The notes below the pieces were generated by a model that saw only the letters and a program-made list of their open reading frames with translations, searched no databases and was not told the DNA's origin. Shown piece by piece: positions 29,232-37,993 of a DNA stretch of 64,000 nt. The position numbers were made by a program, and so were the translations under genes. Within the stretch, counting starts at the first letter, position 1. Each line of letters begins with the position of its first letter. The DNA lies in the NCBI GenBank assembly GCA_013387205.1, contig WARV01000008.1, positions 64,136-128,135 on the forward strand. Direction: 5' to 3'. The stretch is from Patescibacteria group bacterium (GTDB taxonomy: Bacteria; Patescibacteriota; Doudnabacteria; UBA920).

Positions 29232-31061
29232 ATGGAACTAAGTAACATCAGGAATTTTTGCATAATCGCTCATATTGACCACGGCAAGTCCACTTTAGCT
29301 GACCGGCTTTTAGAAATTACCAATACGGTATCCAAACGTGAAATGAAAGACCAGATACTTGACCAAATGGATCTTGAGCGCGAACGCGGTATTACCATCA
29401 AATTGCAACCCGTTAGGATGGAATATAAAATTCCAAATAAAATCCAAGATCCAAATTCCCAAACCTTAAATCCTAAATCTTATATCTTAAATTTAATCGA
29501 CACACCGGGCCATGTGGACTTTACATATGAAGTTTCGCGCTCTTTAGCCTGCTGCGAAGGCGCAATTTTAGTTGTAGACAGCACCCAAGGAATCGAAGCC
29601 CAGACTTTGGCTAACGTGTATCTAGCCTTAGAGCACGATTTAACCTTGATTCCGGTTGTCAATAAAATTGACCTGCCGAATTCCGACAAGAAAAAAACCG
29701 CGGAAGAATTAAAAGCGGCCTTTGGATTTACTGATAACGAAATTTTATATGCTTCGGGAAAAACCGGCGAAGGCGTGGAAGGAATTTTAGATGCCGTGGT
29801 GGAACGCGTTGCTCCGCCAAAAGGCGAAAGCAGCAAAGCTTTAAGAGCTTTGATTTTCGATTCGGTTTACGATATTCACCGCGGAGTTATCGTCTTTGTC
29901 AGGATTATGGACGGACAGCTTTTTCCGCGCGAAAAAATATATATGCTCGGTAGCGAAACCCAGGCAGAGAGCCTTGAGGTCGGGTATTTCCATCCAAAAA
30001 TGGAAAAAAGCGGACAATTGAAAACCGGAGAAGTCGGGTATATTGTCACGGGATTGCGGGATGTAAGCAAAGCCAGGGTCGGGGACACAGTCACGCTTTG
30101 GGAAATTCGCCAGGAAGCATTGCCGCTTCCAGGATACAAGCAGATTAAACCAATGGTTTACGCGACAATTTTCCCGGTTTCAGGAGACGACTATCCGCTG
30201 CTTCGCGACGCAATGGAAAAATTAAAGCTTTCAGATTCAGCTTTGGAATTTGAACCTATAAACATCCCTTCAATCGGCTTTGGATTCAGGACTGGCTTTT
30301 TAGGGCTTCTACACATGGATATTGTGCAGGAGCGTCTTAGCCGCGAGTATGATTTGGATTTGGTACTCACTGCACCATCTGTGGCTTACCGCGTAGTAAA
30401 AACCGATAATACGGAAATTTATATCCATAACCCGGCAGAATTCCCAGACCCATCAGTCATAAAAGAACTGTACGAGCCGTGGATGATGGTAAATATTTTA
30501 ACCCCGTCCGATTACATTGGCCCGATTATGGAAATTGCCACGCAGCGCAGGGCGATATCTAAAGACATTAAATACATCGGCAAAGACAGGGTGGATATGC
30601 ATTTTGAAATGCCTTTGGCTAATATTATTTTGGATTTTTATGATAAGTTAAAGAGCGTGTCTTCTGGTTATGCTTCTTTAAATTACGATTTTATCGAAGA
30701 AAGAATTGGGGATTTGGTCAAAGTTGATGTTTTGGTCGCAGGCGAGCCTGTTCCGGCATTGGCAGCGATTATGCATCGCAGCGTCGCGCATGTGGAAGGG
30801 AAAGAACTGATTGAAAAATTAAAGAAATTGATTCCGCGCCACCAGTTTGAAATCGCGCTTCAGGCTGCAATCGGCGGAAAAGTCATTGCGCGCGAAACCA
30901 TTTCAGCCTTGAGAAAAGACGTTACCGGCTACTTGTATGGTGGCGACGTCACCCGTAAAATGAAACTTTTGAACAAACAGAAAAAAGGCAAAAAGAGAAT
31001 GAAAAAAATCGGGAAAGTAGATATACCGCAGGAAGCCTTCCTCGCTGTGCTTAAAAAATAA
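29232..31061 (+). CDS. lepA: Elongation factor 4 (LepA)
   Basis: NFCIIAHIDHGKSTLADRLL; DTPGHVDF. It has an insertion of about 10 aa before DTPGH. Confidence 0.9.
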   Translation: MELSNIRNFCIIAHIDHGKSTLADRLLEITNTVSKREMKDQILDQMDLERERGITIKLQPVRMEYKIPNKIQDPNSQTLNPKSYILNLIDTPGHVDFTYEVSRSLACCEGAILVVDSTQGIEAQTLANVYLALEHDLTLIPVVNKIDLPNSDKKKTAEELKAAFGFTDNEILYASGKTGEGVEGILDAVVERVAPPKGESSKALRALIFDSVYDIHRGVIVFVRIMDGQLFPREKIYMLGSETQAESLEVGYFHPKMEKSGQLKTGEVGYIVTGLRDVSKARVGDTVTLWEIRQEALPLPGYKQIKPMVYATIFPVSGDDYPLLRDAMEKLKLSDSALEFEPINIPSIGFGFRTGFLGLLHMDIVQERLSREYDLDLVLTAPSVAYRVVKTDNTEIYIHNPAEFPDPSVIKELYEPWMMVNILTPSDYIGPIMEIATQRRAISKDIKYIGKDRVDMHFEMPLANIILDFYDKLKSVSSGYASLNYDFIEERIGDLVKVDVLVAGEPVPALAAIMHRSVAHVEGKELIEKLKKLIPRHQFEIALQAAIGGKVIARETISALRKDVTGYLYGGDVTRKMKLLNKQKKGKKRMKKIGKVDIPQEAFLAVLKK

Positions 31062-31070
31062 GACAAAAGA

Positions 31071-31116
31071 AGCGCGCCTCAGACCCATTCGGTTGAGGCG
31101 CGCTGAAGTTTTTATT
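31071..31116. terminator. Bidirectional rho-independent terminator
   Basis: agcgcgcctc ... gaggcgcgct with a T-run to the right and an A-run to the left. Confidence 0.65.
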
Positions 31117-31321
31117 ATTCAGGATTTAGCCGTGCGATTGTGATAACGTTATTGCAAAAGGCTAATGACAGATCTTTTTGGGGCATTGCGAGTTCGATCT
31201 GAAGGATTGGGTGATCGAAAAGTGGGTCTATGGGCGGATTGATTGTGAAATTTTTTGATCCGCCTGGTTCTAACCCATGACATTCATCATGCAAATACTT
31301 AGCTATTTCCTTCAAAGTCAT
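31115..31321 (-). CDS. Hypothetical protein (GC-rich; possibly the C-terminal part of an interrupted gene)
   Basis: 68-aa ORF with a GAGGAA ribosome-binding site. It is in the same frame as 31352-31540 and separated from it by a single TAG. Confidence 0.4.
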   Translation of the reverse strand: MTLKEIAKYLHDECHGLEPGGSKNFTINPPIDPLFDHPILQIELAMPQKDLSLAFCNNVITIARLNPE

Positions 31322-31351
31322 AGTTTCCTCACTTAGATTTGTTTTAAAAAC

Positions 31352-31540
31352 CTAGCTGCTGCGGTTGCTGTGTCCTTCCTGGCGGAGATCCCGTCGCGCG
31401 TTCCGGAAATCCACCGGATCGATTCTGGGTTGTTCCCAGATATCACGTTTTGCCAAAGCCGCAAGTTCGCTGCTTGTTTTGCCGGCTCCTTCTAAAGCCT
31501 GTGCGGTATCTTCCTCTGTGGCTCGCCCTAAATTATCCAT
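31352..31540 (-). CDS. Hypothetical protein (GC-rich, about 55% GC)
   Basis: Strong AAGGAGGAG ribosome-binding site 10 nt upstream of the ATG; 62 aa. Confidence 0.45.
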   Translation of the reverse strand: MDNLGRATEEDTAQALEGAGKTSSELAALAKRDIWEQPRIDPVDFRNARRDLRQEGHSNRSS

Positions 31541-31672
31541 CTATAGTGTTACTCCTCCTTCCGCTGTAAAATAGCAAAAATTTTGGGTTTAATCAAGGCG
31601 ATTCCAAAATAAACTCCGACGTAACCATACGCTGGAATCGGCGGCGGACGAGAAGTGTAATGTTATTTTAGC

Positions 31673-31702
31673 GAATGGCTCAAGCCTAGGCTTGAGCCAT
31701 TC
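31673..31702. promoter_or_regulatory. Perfect 30-nt palindrome (14-bp arms): gaatggctcaagcc-ta-ggcttgagccattc
   Basis: Read directly from the sequence. No adjacent U-tract, so it is not a canonical terminator. Confidence 0.4.
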
Positions 31703-31870
31703 AACCTCAATAAAATGAGGGGTTTTATAATATTACCAAAAAGTATGCTAAAATAAAGACATGTTCAGAAACAGGAAAGTTTTAAACCGGATAATGTATG
31801 TCTTGGCCATAATCATGATTGCTTCCATGGTTTTGGTATTGTTTGGTTTTTCGTTATTTAAATAAATATA

Positions 31871-31910
31871 ATCCGAATTACCCGAATCTTATCCAAATGA
31901 CCCGAAAACG
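31871..31910. repeat. Partial copy (left arm) of palindromic element family R2
   Basis: atccgaattacccgaatcttatccaaatgacccgaaaa matches the left arms at 40018 and 59100. Confidence 0.5.
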
Positions 31911-31965
31911 ATATTCGTAGTTCGTAGAGATTCGTTGATTCGTTCCATTTGCAGATTCGATTTTT

Positions 31966-32478
31966 ATGTTTAAGTTTGACCTGCACCACAATGAAAACCT
32001 GGTCGAAATGTTCAGGAAATCGGAAATGGTTTTAGCCAAGCCGGTCCTTGCGATTTTTGTTTTTATTTATATTCCCTGGTATTTCTTAATCAAGTATGAA
32101 CTTGTCGCTGATTACAAAAACATCCTTTTGGCTTGGACAACTCTTGTTCTTATTTTTGGGATTCATAGGTACTTATTATGGCTTTTGAATGTCTGCCTGC
32201 TTACCAGCCAGAGATTTGTGATGGTGGAGTACAAAAGCTTGTTTAAAAAGAAAGTGGTGGAAATTCATCTTGATAAAATCAGTAACATCAGCTATTCGAC
32301 ATCAGGTATTTTTTCCTCCTTGTTCGGTTTTGGCGATTTGCATGTCCAATTTTCGGGATCGTCGGAAATGATAATTGCCAAAAACATCAGCCAGCCATCT
32401 AAAGTTAAAGATAAAATTTGGAAAGCGGCAAAGGCAGCAACACATAAAAGCGTTCACTCAGTTGTTGCGATGGAATAA
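31966..32478 (+). CDS. Membrane protein with a bacterial PH domain (YdbT/DUF304-like)
   Basis: Two N-terminal TM helices followed by a soluble domain of about 90 aa; bPH_2-like pattern. Confidence 0.45.
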   Translation: MFKFDLHHNENLVEMFRKSEMVLAKPVLAIFVFIYIPWYFLIKYELVADYKNILLAWTTLVLIFGIHRYLLWLLNVCLLTSQRFVMVEYKSLFKKKVVEIHLDKISNISYSTSGIFSSLFGFGDLHVQFSGSSEMIIAKNISQPSKVKDKIWKAAKAATHKSVHSVVAME

Positions 32479-32515
32479 TTTTTGTCAATTATGTCAATTT
32501 TGTTCAATTCTAATT

Positions 32516-32887
32516 ATGGATCGCAAAATCCTTCTATCATCAAAGATAACTTTAGCAATACTGGCTGTATTTTTAGGATTCCTGTGCAATATTAAATACA
32601 AGCAATGGGCCAGCCAAAAGGCTATTGAAAAAGAAAAGACAAGCCTGGCCCTGCAGGCAGACCAGTTGGATAAAAAGAACCAGGAACTCGACCAGTCGCT
32701 TTCTTACCTGAATTCCCAAAGTTTCAAGGAAAGGGTAGCCAGGCAGCAGCTGAACTTAAAAAAAGACGGTGAGACAGTTTATAATTTTTCAAATCCGCAG
32801 GTTAGCCCTGGCGATGACGGTGCTAACCAAAAATCAGGCAAAAGCAATATCCAAAAATGGTGGGAATATTTTTACGACAATAAATAA
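32516..32887 (+). CDS. Septum-formation initiator family protein (FtsB/DivIC-like)
   Basis: Single N-terminal TM helix and a coiled coil (KTSLALQADQLDKKNQELDQSLSYLNSQSFKERVARQQLNL). Trimmed to the ATG at 32516. Confidence 0.5.
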   Translation: MDRKILLSSKITLAILAVFLGFLCNIKYKQWASQKAIEKEKTSLALQADQLDKKNQELDQSLSYLNSQSFKERVARQQLNLKKDGETVYNFSNPQVSPGDDGANQKSGKSNIQKWWEYFYDNK

Positions 32888-32900
32888 TTAAATACAAGAT

Positions 32901-33791
32901 ATGAAAAAACTTAAAAAGTGGCACATAGTATCAATAAGTTTAGTTGTAGTAATTTTGGCAGGGCTAACAGGTTTAGGCTTTTGGCTGTCCAAGGGCAAAA
33001 TTACGCAAACAAAGGCAAAAATTTATAAAGTACTTCCTTTCCCAATGGCACTGGTCAATAACCATCCTTTGACCATGAAGAATTTTTTGAGCCGGTTAGA
33101 TTCAGCTAAGGTATTTTACGATAAATCAGGCACGAAATACGACGAAACCGGACTGGAAGAAGCCATTGCAAACAAAATGGTTGATGAGGAAAAAATTAAC
33201 ATTTTGGCGAAAACCAATAACGTCAGCGTAAAAGACAGCGAAATTAACGACGAATATTCTGTCAGAGCCAAGTCTGCGGACTTGGAAGGCAAGAAGAACT
33301 TCGAAGATCTTTTGAAAAGCTATGGCCTAAATACCGCGTCGTTCAAAAGCGATGTCATAAGGCCTGACCTTTTGGCGACAAATTTAGTGGTGTGGTTTAA
33401 CGCCCAAAAAAACCTTAACTCCGACCAGTATAAGCTGGCTGACGACTTGATGAAAAAGATCGAAAGCGGCCAGTCAATGGAAGACATTGCTTCAAAATTC
33501 TCCCAGGAAGACGCTACAAAAATGACTCAGGGCGATTTGGGTTTTATTGAAATTAACGGTGTCCTGCCTGAACTTAAGGAAACATTGGATTCCATGTCTG
33601 CCGGCCAGTCAAAAATTGCCGCCAGCCGCTACGGCATCCATATTTTAAAGCTTGAAGAGAAAGACAATAATGGCGAAAATAACGGCGCCAGGATGCATAT
33701 TAAGCAGATTTTCATCAAACCGAATGATTTTGAAAAGTGGTTTAAAGACGAAACGCAAAATTTCAAAGTTAAAAAAATAGTTAAAATTTAG
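32901..33791 (+). CDS. Parvulin-type peptidyl-prolyl cis-trans isomerase (PrsA/SurA-like), membrane-anchored
   Basis: N-terminal TM helix; C-terminal rotamase domain GDLGFI ... GQS ... YGIHILKLEE. Confidence 0.6.
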   Translation: MKKLKKWHIVSISLVVVILAGLTGLGFWLSKGKITQTKAKIYKVLPFPMALVNNHPLTMKNFLSRLDSAKVFYDKSGTKYDETGLEEAIANKMVDEEKINILAKTNNVSVKDSEINDEYSVRAKSADLEGKKNFEDLLKSYGLNTASFKSDVIRPDLLATNLVVWFNAQKNLNSDQYKLADDLMKKIESGQSMEDIASKFSQEDATKMTQGDLGFIEINGVLPELKETLDSMSAGQSKIAASRYGIHILKLEEKDNNGENNGARMHIKQIFIKPNDFEKWFKDETQNFKVKKIVKI

Positions 33792-33871
33792 AAATTAAAA
33801 AAGAAGTAGTCTTGAAAAGCTGCTTTTAAGGCGATATTCCAGAATTTTGAGACTACTTCAAGCAAACAAAT

Positions 33872-35767
33872 ATGGAAAATGAGGTCGTAAAATACATAAA
33901 AGAGGCCCGACAACATGGCTTAAGCGATCTTGAAATAAAACAAAATTTGCTCAATGTTGGCTGGGAAGCCGATGCAGTTGAGGATAGTTTTGCGTATGTC
34001 AAAGCTTCAGAAAATAAGCCTTTGGCAAACCGCGACGAAGATATTAAAACTCACGCGTCTCAGACCCCCGACCAATATTATAAAAGAACCCTTGGCGATA
34101 CCGGTGGTGTTGCGCATGGTATAAATTCTGTTAAGCCTGCTCAGTTACCACACGAAGAACCGCAAATGGCTGCAAAACCTGCTTCTGTCCAAACCAACCT
34201 CCCGCAGCATGCACTAAATATTTCCAAAAAACAATCAATCTTCAAAAATCCAAAATTTTGGACTAGCATTATTTTACTGGCTATGATTGGAGTCGGCGGC
34301 TATGCGTATTACACTTACGCCTATAACTCTCCTGAAAAAATTTGGAATAAGTTCGTAAAATCTGAAAAAAGCAGTATTTTTGAAAGCAATTTCACTTACG
34401 CATATGCGGATAAAGGTAAAATTTCCAGCGATAACAAAGATCTGGCTTCCTTAAAAGGCATAAAACTCTCGTTTGCAGGGGATTCATACGTAAATTCCAC
34501 AGACCCGAATAACACGCAGTCCAGTTCAAAGTTCCAATATTCGTTCAGCAGCGGAAATACCAGCATCAGCACCGGAGCGGAATATATCCTGCTGAATAAA
34601 AATTTTTACCTGAATGTTGGCGATAACCCTTTTTTGTCCAAAATCTTGGATTCTGTAAGCAAGGGTAAAAAATATGACTGGATAAAAATCGATTTAGGCG
34701 CGATTCAGGATGAAATGGCAAAAAGCAATAAAGACGGCCTGGATAAGTTTAATGAAATATTCAATCCAAGTTTTAAGCAGGAATTAGCAAATATTTGGGA
34801 AAACGCGACATTGGTTAAAATAGATAAATATCTCGGCAGGGAAAAAGTCGGCGACGTTAACACCCTTCATTTTAAAAATTCCCTGGACAAGCAGGCTTTA
34901 AAAGACGCGATAAGGCAATACGCGGATAAGATAATAAATGCTTTAAACGAAAAAGAAACAAATCCTGAAAATAAACTAAAAGATGAGGATAGAAACGCTC
35001 TCTATTCGGCCATAAACAGTTTAATTGATAAAACCAACATTTCGGAATTTGAAACATGGATTGGCATAAAAGATTTTAAGTTATACAAAGTCCATCTGGT
35101 AACCAGTGCTCCTTCTGTGGCGTCTATTGCCAATCTGGCGTCTACGGAATATTCAGACATGGCAAATCTGCCCACGCAAAACAGCGACACCAAAAAAATA
35201 TCGGACATCAGGCAGTTATCGGCAGCCTTGGAAAGCTACCATAAAGATAAGGGCGGTTACCCGGAAGCGAACAACGGCGTTCCCACGGATATTTCACCGT
35301 TTTATGTTGCAGTCGTCCCTGTTGCCCCAAGCGCTACGGGCAATTGCACGGATTTTTATAATACATACTGGTATACGCCAAAAGGCGAAAAGAAAACAGT
35401 GAACGGCAAAACATTATACAGTTCGTTCGAATATACTTTTTGCATTGGCACAGACCAGGGAATGTACAAAGCGGGAATTGGCAAGCTGACACCATCAGGA
35501 ATTGAAATCCCCATAACCTGTCCCGGCACGCCGGAGCAATGCAGTAAGCCAAGCCAAAACCAAGATAAAACCAGGGATGAAAAAATCAATGAATTTATTT
35601 CAAAAATTGATTTTGCGGGCGAAATAAGAATTGACATGGTTTATTCCAATTACGGAAAGGCCAAGCAGCTGGAAGCGCCAAAAGAATATTTTGATGTAGT
35701 GAATGAATTAAAAAATACCCAATCCCAATCAAATTTTAAAAAAAGTTTGACTGGCAACATAAGATAA
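33872..35767 (+). CDS. Hypothetical membrane-anchored protein with a pseudopilin-like (GspG-type) segment
   Basis: TM helix around residue 140. DIRQLSAALESYHKDKGGYPEAN matches the D..R..DL..L..AL..Y....G.YP pattern. Confidence 0.4.
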   Translation: MENEVVKYIKEARQHGLSDLEIKQNLLNVGWEADAVEDSFAYVKASENKPLANRDEDIKTHASQTPDQYYKRTLGDTGGVAHGINSVKPAQLPHEEPQMAAKPASVQTNLPQHALNISKKQSIFKNPKFWTSIILLAMIGVGGYAYYTYAYNSPEKIWNKFVKSEKSSIFESNFTYAYADKGKISSDNKDLASLKGIKLSFAGDSYVNSTDPNNTQSSSKFQYSFSSGNTSISTGAEYILLNKNFYLNVGDNPFLSKILDSVSKGKKYDWIKIDLGAIQDEMAKSNKDGLDKFNEIFNPSFKQELANIWENATLVKIDKYLGREKVGDVNTLHFKNSLDKQALKDAIRQYADKIINALNEKETNPENKLKDEDRNALYSAINSLIDKTNISEFETWIGIKDFKLYKVHLVTSAPSVASIANLASTEYSDMANLPTQNSDTKKISDIRQLSAALESYHKDKGGYPEANNGVPTDISPFYVAVVPVAPSATGNCTDFYNTYWYTPKGEKKTVNGKTLYSSFEYTFCIGTDQGMYKAGIGKLTPSGIEIPITCPGTPEQCSKPSQNQDKTRDEKINEFISKIDFAGEIRIDMVYSNYGKAKQLEAPKEYFDVVNELKNTQSQSNFKKSLTGNIR

Positions 35768-35789
35768 CACTAAGAGTATAATTAAAAAG

Positions 35790-35816
35790 ATCCGGCCGGT
35801 TGCCGGTCTTTTTAAT
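35790..35816 (+). terminator. Rho-independent terminator
   Basis: gatccggccggttgccggtcttttt. Confidence 0.55.
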
Positions 35817-35858
35817 TTCACCAATTTAAGATATAATAAGTACAAGTATTTTTTTATC

Positions 35859-36980
35859 ATGCCCAAAATTTTATACCGCACTTGGATTGAAATTGACAAG
35901 AAAGCGGTCAGTCACAATTTTTTAACCTTCAAAAAACTTATTAACACAAAAACCAAGCTTTTAGGCGTGGTTAAATCCAATGCGTACGGCCATGAACTAA
36001 TGGGTTTTTCACGCGTCTTAAGCGATTTGGGCATTGACTGGCTGGGTGTGGATTCCATAACCGAAGCGCATACGCTCAGGCGCCATAAAATAAATAACCG
36101 GATTTTGGTTTTGGGATATACGCTCCCGGCAAATTTTGATTTGGCAGGCAACCACGGCATTGCTTTGACTATTTCTGATTTTATAAATTTAGGAATGGCC
36201 AAAAAACATAAAGGCGATATTACCATCCACTTGAAAATTGATACTGGAATGCACAGGCAGGGATTTTTGCTTAAAGACCTGCCAAAAGCATTATCGATCA
36301 TTAAAAATTCCAAGAACATAAAGCTGCAGGGGGTTTATACGCATTTTGCGGCAGCCAAAGCCCCGGATTGGTCAGGCCAAACCCAAAAACAGATTGAGCA
36401 ATTTGAAAAAGCAGTTGCTTTGGCAAAAAAAATCCAGCCAAACATTATTGCCCATGCTTCGGCATCTGCCGGAACGTTAAATTATGCTTTCGCGCACTTT
36501 GACATGGTCAGGGTTGGTGCCGGGCTTTATGGCTTGTGGCCATCTTTAGAAACTAAGCTCAGCAAGGAAAAACAATTGCAGCTAAAACCGGTTTTAACCT
36601 GGAAGACAATTATCAGCGAAGTAAAAACCCTTGAAAAAGGCGAAAAAATCGGGTATGATTTTACGGAAGAACTAAAAAGAAAAACCCGGGTTGCCATATT
36701 GCCGATTGGCTATTGGCACGGATACTGGAGGGCGCTTTCCGGCAAGGCTTGTGTTCTTGCTGGGGGTAAAAGAGCCAAAGTTTTAGGCCGTATCAGCATG
36801 GACATGACGGCAATTGACATAACTGATGCAAGCCAAGCCAAAGTCGGGGACGAAGTAGTGTTAATTGGAAGGCAGGGCAAGGAAAATATCACGGCTGATG
36901 AATTGGCAGAAATCGCAGGAACAACAAATTATGAAATAATCACCAGGATTAATCCATTAATAAAAAAGTTCTTTATATAA
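35859..36980 (+). CDS. alr: Alanine racemase
   Basis: GVVKSNAYGHE (PLP-lysine motif); 373 aa. Confidence 0.85.
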   Translation: MPKILYRTWIEIDKKAVSHNFLTFKKLINTKTKLLGVVKSNAYGHELMGFSRVLSDLGIDWLGVDSITEAHTLRRHKINNRILVLGYTLPANFDLAGNHGIALTISDFINLGMAKKHKGDITIHLKIDTGMHRQGFLLKDLPKALSIIKNSKNIKLQGVYTHFAAAKAPDWSGQTQKQIEQFEKAVALAKKIQPNIIAHASASAGTLNYAFAHFDMVRVGAGLYGLWPSLETKLSKEKQLQLKPVLTWKTIISEVKTLEKGEKIGYDFTEELKRKTRVAILPIGYWHGYWRALSGKACVLAGGKRAKVLGRISMDMTAIDITDASQAKVGDEVVLIGRQGKENITADELAEIAGTTNYEIITRINPLIKKFFI

Positions 36981-36986
36981 CATTAC

Positions 36987-37062
36987 GCCGGCTTAGCTCA
37001 TCTGGTAGAGCAGCGGTATCGTAAACCGCAGGTGGTCGGTTCAAGTCCGACAGCCGGCTCCA
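36987..37062 (+). tRNA. tRNA-Thr (anticodon CGU)
   Basis: Manual cloverleaf: acceptor GCCGGCT/AGCCGGC, D arm GCTC/GAGC, anticodon loop ATCGTAA, T loop TTCAAGT, CCA end. Confidence 0.8.
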
Positions 37063-37076
37063 TTTTATCAGAAATT

Positions 37077-37685
37077 ATGAAAATTCCTAAAGGCGCAAAA
37101 CGGGTTTTTAAGGGAATTATTTTTGACGTTTACCAATGGCAGCAAAAGATGTTTGATGGAAGCCTTGAAACGTTTGAGGCAATAAAAAGGCAAAAGACTG
37201 TTGTTATAATCCCTACATTCAAAAATAAAATAGTTCTCATTAAACAAAAGCAGCCAAATACAGGCTGGTTTTATAGTTTTCCAAGCGGCAGGATGGATAA
37301 GCAAGACAAAAACCCCAAAACGGCCGCTTTAAGGGAATTAAAAGAAGAGACAGGACTTACCCCAAAGAAGGTCGTCTTATGGAAAACCATAAATAATGGC
37401 GGGAAAACCGACCATGATGTATACATATTTTTAGCTAAAGACTGCCGTAAAACGCACGAGCAACAACTGGATGCGGGTGAAAAAGTCAAAGTATACAACT
37501 TCGCTTTTGACGAATTCCTAAAATTGTCAGATAGCGAATATTTTATCGAAAAATCAATTTTAATTGATCTATTAAAGGCAAGATTAAGCAAAAAGTATTG
37601 CGAGATGCTCAAAAAAGCGTTTTTTGGCAATTTGTCAAGCCTGCCAAAAACCGCCAGTCTTGCCAAGCCCGGCATTTTTTGTTAA
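37077..37685 (+). CDS. NUDIX hydrolase (ADP-ribose pyrophosphatase-like)
   Basis: Nudix box GRMDKQDKNPKTAALRELKEETG. Trimmed from the ORF-track start, which overlapped the tRNA. Confidence 0.6.
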   Translation: MKIPKGAKRVFKGIIFDVYQWQQKMFDGSLETFEAIKRQKTVVIIPTFKNKIVLIKQKQPNTGWFYSFPSGRMDKQDKNPKTAALRELKEETGLTPKKVVLWKTINNGGKTDHDVYIFLAKDCRKTHEQQLDAGEKVKVYNFAFDEFLKLSDSEYFIEKSILIDLLKARLSKKYCEMLKKAFFGNLSSLPKTASLAKPGIFC

Positions 37686-37702
37686 ACTAAGTCCGTTATA
37701 TT

Positions 37703-37972
37703 ATGCAAGACCCCAATCAAATCCCTCAAGAGGAAGCGGCAAAAAAAGAATTCAAGCAAAAGAGAAAAGTTGTCATGGTCGTTTTTGCCGATGCGGCGCT
37801 GGAGTTCGCAATAATGATCTTCCTGCCGTTGTTCGTCTTTATAGAAATTGGCAAAAAATATAACCTGATGCATAATGCCTGGTATTTGATTTTTGGGCTC
37901 ATCCTGGCTCTAAGCATTAGCGCAATTTCAATAGGCACAAGAGCGATAGATTTCAAAAAAAGATTAAAATAA
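37703..37972 (+). CDS. Small 2-TM membrane protein, possibly AtpZ/AtpI-like
   Basis: 89 aa with two TM helices, immediately upstream of atpB. Confidence 0.35.
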   Translation: MQDPNQIPQEEAAKKEFKQKRKVVMVVFADAALEFAIMIFLPLFVFIEIGKKYNLMHNAWYLIFGLILALSISAISIGTRAIDFKKRLK

Positions 37973-37993
37973 TTAAATTTACAAAGATTTTTC

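Noticed and set aside
32375-32515. Long N-terminal extension of the FtsB-like ORF overlapping the PH-domain gene
   Set aside because: The extension is in a different frame from the upstream gene and is not protein-like. MDRKILL at 32516 starts the TM helix.
37032-37076. ORF-track start of the NUDIX gene at 37032
   Set aside because: It overlaps tRNA-Thr. An in-frame ATG at 37077 follows the tRNA.
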